Shown here piece by piece: positions 24,355 through 36,400 of a stretch of 64,000 bases of DNA. This stretch comes from Antedon mediterranea (Eukaryota > Animalia > Echinodermata). A program made the translations under genes and the position numbers. The notes below the pieces were generated by a model that saw nothing but the letters and a program-made list of their open reading frames with translations, ran no database searches and had not been told where the DNA came from. How positions within the stretch are numbered: position 1 is the stretch's first letter; every line of letters begins with the position of its first letter. Location of the stretch: positions 154,201 to 218,200 of the forward strand of contig NC_092679.1 in NCBI RefSeq assembly GCF_964355755.1. Direction: 5' to 3'.

Positions 24355-25143
24355 GTAAGAAATTAAAGAGTATTGTATATTATAGGCCTCTCTTGTCTAC
24401 TAGCCTCACTATCTCTAGGAGGCTCTAGCTAGCTAGCTAGCTATAGGGCCCCCAGGCCCTAGCCTAGCTTTTTAGGCTAGCCAGGGTAGGCCTAGGCTAG
24501 GCCTTCCCCCTCTACCTACTACTAGAGAGTACTAGACTCTAGATAGCTGGGATAGATAAGTCCCCTGGCCTTCTAAGCCTAGGTAGGCTAAGGCCTACTA
24601 CTACTATCTAGCCTAGGCTAGAGGCTACTTGTAATGTTAGCCTAATAAATAAAATAAGGCCTACCTATATACAGTACTAGTCTAGTAGTAGTACTACCTA
24701 TCCTACTAGCTAGATAGGTAGGCAGTCCTAGTTAGATAGATAAAGTAGGCCTCCTCTTTTCTCCCACCAGACTGATACATGCTCTGTGTGTACTGTGTGT
24801 AAAGTGACATGAAAAAAAATGGTCTGGGTTTTCCTTCTTGACTTGCAGTAACTGTCAAAAAAAGCATAAATTTAATAAGTAAAAATTTAAAGGGCGTACT
24901 GTACATGACTTTACAAATGTTCAGTAGCAGTCGTGTATTGGTCACATTTTGGTCATGACGAACTCGCCTGATATTTTGTATGGATTGCTTCAGGACAGAT
25001 AACTACTGGAGGATGAATTGTCTTGTTTAGAGTGTACATAATTCACTGGGAGAGTGTTATTTCTGTATTATTTCTGTCATTACAATTCCTTGTATTGTAA
25101 AAAAATAAGAATTGAATTTACAAAAATACTATCAACAACATTA

Positions 25144-25640
25144 GAGAGGTTTCGCAACCTTACGAATACGATAACGAAAACGGATACGTCATACATTTGT
25201 GAAACTTTTGAGCTGATCCCATTTCATATTCGTAAAGCGTATTCGTGTTGACGAATATCACCAGTCATATTCGTAACTACAAAACGAGTATAGTTTTTGA
25301 TCTATTTTGCATTTGAATCAGGAATGATTCATGATTATAATATAATTATAGATTTATTGAAAGTAATTTACTAAAGTAATTTACTAAAATACCAGGTCAA
25401 TTTTGATAAATAGCAGTTTTTAAAGTCCTCACTCGCTTTGATGTTACGCTAGGCCTAGGCAGCCAAGCACCAAGCAACACGTACCCGCGCTTCGCTCAAA
25501 TTTACCGCAGTCATATTTTGGATGCGCCCTCAATATTCCGTTGCCATGCGAAACAGATTTTGTTATGGCTTACGAAAACGAATACGTGTGCGTGACGTAT
25601 CCGTTTTCGTTATCGTATTCGTAAGATTGCGAAACCTCTC
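25144..25640. mobile_element. MITE with ~48-bp near-perfect TIRs
   Basis: gagaggtttcgcaaccttacgaatacgataacgaaaacggatacgtca ... tgacgtatccgttttcgttatcgtattcgtaagattgcgaaacctctc, flanked by TA. Confidence 0.85.
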
Positions 25641-26827
25641 TATCATCTATTTAATAGAATACTGTAGCTGTCGACATAAATGCATAGGCATTACTTTGTA
25701 CCTAAATGTCCTGGATTTACCAGTAGAAATTTCTCATTTTGCTTTCAAACGATAAACATGATTTTCCAACAAGTTAAACTACTTTACCATGCTTTTGAGT
25801 ACCACATTATCCATTCAGATCTTGTATATTAAGTAGACCCTATATTACACTGTACATATTGGCTTTATAAAACTATCCCTAAACTATGACAAATGATTTG
25901 GTGTGTTTAAAATGTCCAAACAACTTTGCAACCATTTCAGACTCTGTACTTCATTTAATTTCAAACAAGAGTTCCAATTGTTTGTCTTTGTTCTTGGACT
26001 AGATACTTGAAACCTCTTCTAATGTGACCTCCATAATACAGGAATTCCTCATCCTAATCCCTTAACCAATCAAAATTGTAGGTTAAGCGTCATTGCTTAT
26101 TGGTAGAACAGGAACTGCAATTAACTTAAATCATTCATTTACAGTAGTCTACTAGTACAGTGCTAGTGATGTTAGCTTTGCTTTGACTTGACATGAACAT
26201 TGTGTAAGCTTCATAAGAACAGTGGGTTGGTAGTTCAAAGTTAACCTTCCAAATATTCAATATTTGCAGATCTTAGTAAGTAATCAGAAACTGAACAAAT
26301 TGTAAGCACCCACTTGTTGACCAATGTAAACATCTACCAAGTTTATTTGTTTATTCCTCCAGATATTCTGTATTGATACAAAGAATACAATCAATGCTTC
26401 TTAAGCAATTGTATACCATTTCTTCTTAATATCTGTATTTTCACATGTATTAAACAAGTCAGGATGGTTTTATATTCACCATAATGGCACTGGCTGTCAA
26501 TCCAACCCTTTGTCTAATACTTAATAGTAATTTGTTTTTTATTTCTTATGTTTGATTAATTTTTAACAATAACTTTAATGAACTGTCAGCTTGACAATAT
26601 ACCAACCATAATTAATTTGTGAATTTTCAATTGTTTTTAGCTTTGAATGATAACAAAATACTGTATTTAAGAAAGAATTTGTATTTAAATGAAAGTATTT
26701 AAATGTTATTATTATACAGATTACTAGAACACTTTCCCAACATTTAAAATACTACTGGTAACATAAGACTAACATTATTCGTAAAATGAGGCTAATTTAC
26801 GTTAAAATGTATTGTTTGCAGTATTGT

Positions 26828-27176
26828 CAAAGAACTTATAACACAAGAATCTCCTGTTCGTCCAAAGCTTGTAGCAAATTTTGCTAAAGGCATTGTAGGA
26901 TAGAATAGAGCTAATGGGTGGCGCCATTGTGAGCCATGGAGTAGCACGCCCGCATCAAATTAGAAAGTCAAAATCATAGAGGGGATCTGCTAATACTATA
27001 GAGGGGATAGAGTAATTGACTGAGCCCTCTATAGGAATTAATAGTTTTGACTTCCTAGTTTGGAGGGGCGCTGCTCCATTCTGTGAAATGGCGTCGCCCA
27101 GTTTGACCTTTTAACCGATACTGTGTTTTGAATGCAAATTGAAGAACAGGAGATTCTTGTGTTACAAGTTCTTTTG
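26828..27176. mobile_element. Foldback/MITE forming an almost fully palindromic ~350-bp element
   Basis: aaagaacttataacacaagaatctcctgttc is inverted to gaacaggagattcttgtgttacaagttcttt, with further nested inverted blocks inside. Confidence 0.8.
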
Positions 27177-27481
27177 TATTGTTGCCTCATAAATACACTG
27201 AAGTTTATTTAACATACTTTACATGTTCCTCATGTATTTGGACACAGTATGCTCTTTGAAATTATAAACAATTTTTTAAATCATAATTTGGTTTTATTTC
27301 TGTAGTGTTTGCAGATCATTTTCTTTGAAATTTCAGTTTAGTTTTATTTATAACAAAATATATTTTCTTGTGAGCACTTTATTCTTAAAACAATGTTGAC
27401 AGACATCAGGAAAAAAATAGGCAGAAGAACAAGTATCACTCATAATTATTGTGTTTTTGTAATAAACAGATTTCATACACG

Positions 27482-30400
27482 ATGTCATTGGCAAGAGCAA
27501 TACCAATACCATCACCCAATAATTTATTGAAGAATGAAGGTGACATACAGACAAACAGACCGGGCTCTCCCACTAGATGTTTGCCAGTTAGAAATTGGGC
27601 ACCTATACCACTAGAAAAGGAACAGATACAGTCACAAATTGATCAGCAAACATGGACACACTGGAAAGTAAGTATCAACTTAATAATAAAATCACAATAT
27701 AATCATCCAAAATATAGTGACTAAATACTCAAAATGGTTCTATTTCATTCAATTCAACATTTATTTTGACATCAATAGACATCAAACATCAACATAGTAT
27801 GTACATTTACCAAACAAATTGTTAAAAAAATGCAACAAAAAAGTATCTTAGGTCGTCCATCACTGTCACTCCTTCTAATAGACACAATTCAGCATTCATG
27901 GTCTTCAATAATAGACACAAATAGAATATAGAAACACTGTTACAAGATAGAGAACTTCAGCATTCATGGTCTTCAATCATTTTCTTTCTTTTAATGATCA
28001 CAGAATCTTCCAATTCAATTTTTTTTCAATTCAACTTTATTTCAGACAAACTGTCCATATGAAACATACATACAATACAAAGCATTATATGACAACCGTT
28101 ATGGAGCGAGGACTAAGAATTATTTGTTGACACATAGTGCCTTTCTCTACTTAAAAATACACTTTGGAATCAAATAAATAAATATTCATATACACAATTT
28201 AACATTTTATTTCTGCTTTTCATAATTCTGGAAAGAAATCTATAAATTGTCAGCCCCAAGAATTTATAGAGAGATGGAACATTCTTCCAAAGAAGAATTT
28301 TGGAAATAGTAACTGATATTTGTAAAGATTTTGTGATTGATTGAGGGAGATCAATAATTAATAACTTGAAATTGCTGGTAGCATCTTCTTAAGTTACAAC
28401 AAGAATTGTTTTATTATTTTCAGGGATTTTCTCAACAACTTGATGAATTGACAAATTGGTTATCTGATGTCACAAAACAGTTAGACTGCTGGAAAAAGCC
28501 ATCTGATGATGTATTTAGTTTACGGGTTCAGCTTGAGAAGCATTTGGTATTCAAGCCTTTTTGTATTTGCAATCATATTTCAAAATGAAACTGATATCAA
28601 ATAGATTTAAACAAATTTTGTATTCTGTAAAATATTTTTGTATAAAATGGGTCACATTCTTTAGAATATGTTTTTACTGTAGTGTAAGGTTTTACCAGGG
28701 ACGAGTCACTATTCCCTGGTTTGACCTCATTTGAACTCCGAGCATGTACCTGTTGTGATGGATATATATTTCAAGATATTTCGATTCATTTCTTATATTT
28801 ATTTAACTGTTTTATTATTCAATAGGCTTTTGCACTACAGATTGAAACCCATCAGCAAGAGAAAGAAAGAATAATTACATCTTCAAAACTGTTCTTAAAC
28901 ACTGCACCACTTCAGCCATATTTGAATGAAACTATTCGATACATTGAGATACAATGGAAAGGACTTAAAAAGCAACTTGCAAAACAGCACAAACTGATTG
29001 AAGAAGCTCTAACCATAGCTGAAATGTGCATCTCTAATGGCTCACTTGACATTTTTGAGGTTTGTTTAAAGCCTTGTCTACACTATCAAACTTTATGTGT
29101 CAAAATATGATGTGCCCATATATAGTAGTGCTACTGTATCACATTTTTTTACACATAAAGTTTGATAGTGTAGACAGAGCTTAAGAGATGTTAAAATTAT
29201 TCTACTGCAGTAACTACATTTTTTACTGCAGTAATGTATTAATTACAGTAGTTTGTTTCAATGTAGATGTTTTCAAGACATATGTGTGCATGATGACCTA
29301 AAACGTTTGATTAAATAAACAGACTAAAGCTCTGTCTACACTATCAAACTTTATGTGACAAAAAAATGTGATGTCATATCACTACCATATTTGTGCATAT
29401 CACTACCATATTTAGGCACATCACACTTTTTTGTCAAAATAGTTTGATAGTGTAGACAGAATATAACAGTAAACAACCTGCAGTAACTGAAGTAGAATCA
29501 CTTTCACATGATTCCTAAGAAGCTAATTTCACACATGTTCCATTATTCACAAAACTACAACAAAATTGTGATTGTACTTTTCATCATACTTTTTATTAAA
29601 TAATTATAAAATCAGATTTGAATCTTGTCTTGGGAAAATTGTGAAATAAATTTTGTCAGAAACTGAAGTGAAGAATACTAGGTACATAAGTGTCAATATT
29701 ATTGAATGTGCAGTACATCTTTCATATCTTGCAGGCCAAAATATATTATTAGGAAATAATATTTTTCCGTTTATTATGTCTTGATAATATAGTAAATTTC
29801 GTATACTGTTTAATATAAATTGCTATTAAATATGCTGTGATTATTATTGTTATTCATATTATAACATTTAACACCAATACAGAGTAAATAATTTGTAAAT
29901 CTTATTGACAGGGTGATAGCCTGACGTATGAACAGACACAAGATGTTCTGGACCAAATTGGGTTACGCCTTAGAAGTCAGAAATCCATTTACAAATTAAA
30001 TGATGATTTGAAACTTGAAGGAGATGCTTTTGATCAGCAAGTTGGAAAAGGCTTTCCTAGGTAAACACATTTAATGTTCAAAATTATAACTGTAACGGTT
30101 AACAAGTTAAATTAAATGGTTCTAATTCTAGGCCTGGAAATCACACATCAATTGATGTATGGAAACATTAAGAAGTATTTAAAGGCCAATCTCCAATTTA
30201 ATTCTTTTGTGTCAAATATTTTTTATTTTACTAGTGAATATCATTGGTATTTATTATTATCATTTCTTTGTTTCTGTATATTCATTTGCTGAGTTTTTTT
30301 TAATGATGATGATGTGACAATAAAAAAGAATAAAAACAAATAAATGAAAAAAAATGTCTTTGTGTTGTAGCAGCGGAAACGGTGGGCTAATGGATTCTGG

Positions 30401-33400
30401 GTATGGTTCATCTCCTGATTTTGAGGTCTTGTATGATGAGCTAAATGAATGGCTTGAGGAGATGCAAGGAGTTTTAACAGATAACAATAATGTTTCACAG
30501 AATAACCACATCTGTAAGGTGAGTATTTATTTCATTTCCTTTTATATTTATTTGAAGAACCAATTGTATTCAGCCAAGTCTCGTTTAAATCTTTATGATA
30601 CAGCTTTACCCCTAGGGGACCCTTTCATTTCTTACGTGGTACGCAACATCCAGAGAGGCCCCAGCATTTGCCTAAAACAAAGTAAAACAAAAAACAAACA
30701 TTTCTTACGTGGGACGCAACATCCAGAGAGGCCCCAGCATTTGCCTAAAACAAAGTAAAACAAAAAACAAACATGTCTTACGTGGGACGCAACATCCAGA
30801 GAGGCCCCAGCATTTGCCTAAAACAAAGTAAAACAAAAAACAAACATGTCTTACGTGGGACGCAACATCCAGAGAGGCCTCAGCATTTGCCTAAAACAAA
30901 GTAAAACAAAAAACAAACATGTCTTACGTGGGACGCAACATCCAGAGAGGCCTCAGCATTTGCCTAAAACAAAGTAAAACAAAAAACAAGCATGTCTTTT
31001 TTATCACTGCGGCTAACCCCTGTTCAAACAAAGTAAAACAAAAAACAAACATGTCTTACGTGGGACGCAACATCCAGAGAGGCCCAGCATTTACCTAAAA
31101 CAAAGTAATCACTGCGGCTAACCCCTGTTCAGGGGGACACTTTGTTGCGTCCGTCAAAGGGTTTTTAATTTTTTTGAAAATATTGTTATGAAAGTAGGAC
31201 GTCCGCATTCATAAACGTTTTCAAAAATAGTTTTGACAAATTTAACAACATATAGTAGGCTAACAAACACAAGGAGACTCTTTGCTTTGCCTTTCTATGC
31301 TTTATTCTAAAATTGGTAGAAAATGAGGCCTACCTGTTGCAACCTTGTTTGTGCACACCTTGGTGCAGTATTACACAGTTAATTACACAGGACATTTCGT
31401 CCTCTACATTATATGAAGTGGATAACTTCACATTTTTTGTTGTGTTGTTTTGTATTTCAGAGTTATGACAGTGAAATGCAGATCCATGACATTACAAGAA
31501 GTTTTCTGGAAAACAAAGCTGTTGATAAGGCTCCTTCTAGCTCTATTCAAAACCAAACCATGAGCAATGTGAACACAAAATGGGAGATGTTAGAAAGAAG
31601 TATCTCTTGTAACCGAGAACAAGATAATGATGTCACTTGTGGAGAACAAGAGGAGAAAGTAAATGAGAAAGAAACATCCGTTGAAGAAATAGAAGAAATG
31701 ATTTCAAAGTTAAAAGCATGGTTAACAGAAACTGAACGTAAATTGTTTGCGCCTGAAAGCAGAAAATGTTTAGGTCATGTTACACATCTTGAAAGAAGAC
31801 TCGATTTACACAAGGTAATTGATTTATATACAGAAGAATATAGACATACTCTCAGCATTTTGTTTCACATTATTACATTTAGGTAACCTTAAGGACATAA
31901 GTAAATAGTAGATATGGTATACTAAAATCATTATCTGCTGCCCTCTTGTTACTAATATAGCTGTGTTTCATTCTCTCTTTTTGTTAGTGTGTGCTTTAAG
32001 CGTATTAACTTTTTACTTTAAATTAATTTGATTATATAAAATTATTTTAAAATATGACTTTCGTAGGCGTACTATTATATAATACTGTATTTGTTATAAC
32101 AGACATTTTGTTTCCCTAAATACTGCATTCATCAAATTCCTTTCCTTTTTTTATTATTTTGTATTAGCCTCACTCACTTTTTACTTGGAAATTCCTTTAA
32201 ATAAAGATTTATAATAATGCCTACCATAGACTAAAACAATACTGTATTTAATGGTGCATTCAAATGGTATAATTATACATTGCAGGCTATTCAGAATGAA
32301 ATTAGTGATCACAGTGGAGATCTGGATACTGTTTTGTGTCTGTGTGATGCTTTGCAAGTTGGCACAGGAGCATCTGAAAAGAAGAAGGAATCGTTGCAAT
32401 TAGCAGTGATCAATTTAGAACGTCGTTGGGATGCTATTCAGTCACAATCAATCAACTTACAATGTGGTCTTGATGAAAAGCTTAGAGTGTTTAAGGTGGG
32501 CAGTTGAATAATGTTTAAAGCCTAGTTTGCACTTGTAGTCATGTGATCCTCAGATAGACAACCTCCAGTTAACACAACATCCAGTTAACACAACCTCCAG
32601 TTAACACAACCTCCAGTTAACACAACATCCAGTTAACACAACATCCAGTTAACACAACCTCCAGTTAACACAACCTCCAGTTAACACAACATCCAGTTAA
32701 CACAGCCTCCAGTTAACACAGCCTCCAGTTAACACAACTTCCAGTTGACACAACCTCCAGTTAACACAGTTAAAACTCTGAGTTTGCAAGCAAAGTTTGC
32801 TAATGTAGTGTACCCCTTTTGTATATAACCATACAGACTAGTCTTTTAAGCCTACACAAAGTATCTATAACCATACAGACTAGTCTTTTAAGCCTACACA
32901 AAGTAGCTATTGTTTGTGACTTCCATGCGGCCATTTTGTTTATGGCCTTAGTTTTAAAAATCATATTTCAAGTTTTAGTTTTTGTCTCCACCTATTCAAT
33001 AAATTTCTTTTTTTTTTCAGGGTGTTTTTACTGCTAAAATAACAAAAGATCCATTGGATAAAAGCAACTCCTTGGAAAAGAAGAAAGCTGATGATTCTGA
33101 AACAACTGCATCTTCTATACTCATCACACCATCAAAATTCTATGAAAATTCTAAGCCGTACCGCCCAACTCCATCTCAAGATGATGTGGCCGTTTATAGA
33201 TCAACTAAAAAGTACAGAAGTCCATATGAACCTGATTACGATGATGTTTTGTTGATTCGCGAAGCATTTTCGGAAAATGATGCATTTAGCATTAGCGATA
33301 TTTCTGATGTAGTAGAAGATGATTTTGAGTATGATGACGTTCTGCCACTGAAAAGATCAATTATGTCTAGTAATGAGGCAGATTTGAGCATCACAGATCT

Positions 33401-36400
33401 AAGCAACTCATCTCCTATAATTACTATTCCAAAAACACATCAAGAATCCACATCTGATATTGAGTTTTGGTCAGTTTCACCAAAGGATGAAATGGAAAAA
33501 CAAGATAAAAATGAAAGGAAACCAAAGATAATCAAAGCAAAACCGTTTGGAAGTGTTTTAGATTTTGAAGTGGTTGATGAATCAGACTACTTGACTGATG
33601 CTTCACAAGATAGCTTTAATAATGTCTTCATTTTGCCACTGTTCAATCCAGGAGATGAGTGCAATCTAGAGGATGAAGAGATTCTTTCAATGATTAGTGA
33701 TTTTGAAGCTGATATGGAAAATGCAGTAGAAGATGTCCAAGCTGACCATGTGATCGCAGAAATAAAGGAGGTGTTGCCAGTTGAAGTGGAGAGTTGTTCA
33801 GTTGAAAGAGCAAGTTATAACGTGTCTTCTTTTACTTACACTGATCTTTGTTCTCTTAACTCTAACAACAACAATAATAACGAGAGTGCAGATAGCAGTA
33901 GTGAGGAGGATGAGGTCATCACCTATAGCAACAAAGAAGATGAAGTAAATTTGTGGTCAACATCTAATACTGGTACCAAATCAAATGCTTATTCTGACAG
34001 ACCACAAAGTGTTTGCTCTGGTTATGAGTCACTAGAGTCTAAGTCTTTCTGGTGTTCTCAAGAAACTGAAGAGCCTGTCGTATCTGACACACCCATGAGA
34101 TCAGCTTTGTCAATAAAAGCTCGCAAAGTATCGGACATGCGCAGACGATTTTCAAGTTCTTCAACTAGCAAACACGATGATTTGATGGAAATAAGTGACA
34201 TCAGTTTGGTACACATGGTGGAGTCTGTGAATCATGCCACTCTTCTGGCAAACTCAATTTGTGACTTAGGAAGGAATGGAAACTGGACAAATGCAGTGGA
34301 TGATAGTAACATTAAACATACAGATGAAATAAACAGAGAAGAAAACAAGACAGAGCTAGCACTAGATGCCATTAAAGAAAACGAAAATCAATTTGAAGAC
34401 ATACAAAATGATGATGAAGAGTCCGATGTAGATTCCATGTGCACAACAAACACATCTGAATTACTTGAAGCCTTGGAAGATGTGATGGATGAATTAGCAC
34501 AGTTGGGGAATGAACCAATTGAAGATTTGAATCTTGAACCTCTGATTACTGATGTATATGAAGGTCCAGCAACTGATTTGAAAAACAAAGTAAGTTGTTG
34601 CTTTATTGGATTTCATTTGAAATTATATGGAAAATCATCATAAAATACAAAGTGATACATTTATAAAAGGTTTTCCCCAAAGCTTATTAGCTTTTTTCTA
34701 TTAAGATCCTTTTATAAACTAAAATAACAAATCTAAAAGTTTCAAATTATTGCATTAAAACACATAAATATAACATTAACAACAAAAATAATATATTTAT
34801 AAACAAGTTAATTTTATGAAATCCATAAGGGCCAGATTGCGTATAACCTTTACCTGCACTTTATGTATGAATTTTCTAGAAACCTTAATATTTTAAAATA
34901 GTTGATGTAGTCTGCATAAACAGGCTCTTAATGCACTTTACATGCATTGAAGTTGATAAAAGTTGTGTGTTTGATGTGTTAGCTTTATCAAACATGTTTC
35001 TTTTTATAAAGGATGGTAGTAGTAGTTCCACTTACTCTCAGACAGATTCTATGGATAGTGGAGTTTTTACAGGAACAGAGTTGGTAAGTTAAAAAAAATT
35101 TTAATACAGTATATTGATATAAATGATGCAATTTGTTGTTAATATTGAGTGCTGATGTGATAACATAAAACAAACTCTAAAAGTGATGCGAGTGATTCGT
35201 TGTTAATATTGAGTGCTGATGTGATAACATAGAACAAACTCTAAAAGTGATGCGAGCGATTCGTTGTTAATATTGAGTGCTGATGTGATAACATAGAACA
35301 AACTCTAAAAGTGATGCGAGCAATTCGTTGTTAATATTGAGTGCTGATGTGATAACATAGAACAAACTCTAAAAGTGATGCGAGTGATTCCTTGTTAATA
35401 TTGAGTGCTGATGTGATAACATAGAACAAACTCTAAAAGTGATGCGAGTGATTCGTTGTTAATATTGAGTGCTGATGTGATAACATAGAACAAACTCTAA
35501 AAGTGATGCGAGCGATTCGTTGTTAATATTGAGTGCTGATGTGATAACATAGAACAAACTCTAAAAGTGATGCGAGCGATTCGTTGTTAATATTGAGTGC
35601 TGATGTGATAACATAGAACAAACTCTAAAAGTGATGCGAGCGATTCGTTGTTAATATTGAGTGCTGATGTGATAACATAGAACAAACTCTAAAAGTGATG
35701 CGAGCGATTCGTTGTTAATATTGAGTGCTGATGTGATAACATAGAACAAACTCTAAAAGTGATGTGAGCGATTCGTTGTTAATATTGAGTGCTGATGTGA
35801 TAACATAGAACAAACTCTAAAAGTGATGCAAGCGATTCGTTGTTAATATTGAGTGCTGATGTGATAACATAGAACAAACTCTAAAAGTGATGTGAGCGAT
35901 TCGTTGTTAATATTGAGTGCTGATGTGATAACATAGAACAAACTCTAAAAGTGATGCGAGCGATTCGTTGTTAATATTGAGTGCTGATGTGATAACATAG
36001 AACAAACTCTAAAAGTGATGCGAGCGATTCGGATTCAATATTTCAAACTTTTGTTTGTTCATCATCAGCGAAGGTTAATATTGTGAAAATTGTATGCATT
36101 TGATTGTGCATTTTTAATAAACAAATAAAGTATTATATATACGTATATTAGTTTACCGGTATGGAAGAAATTCTAAACTGCTCGTTGCTATACTGAAAAT
36201 TAATTTTTCGGAGTTTTATATTTATTAGTAGACCGTGTATCTGATGAAACAACAAATATTTAGTCTTCTGATTCTTATTTCATATATATATTTTCTATGA
36301 TGACTTGAAAACAGCTTCTAAACAAGTACAAATTGTCAATGATTATGCTATAAACTACAGAATTTACATGTCAATAATTCCGGTGGGATGTTTTAGGTGT

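Noticed and set aside
33054-34643. 529-aa ORF as a stand-alone intronless gene
   Set aside because: It has an acceptor at 33020 and a donor at 34589 in frame with the flanking exons of the KASH gene, and starts at TTG rather than ATG.
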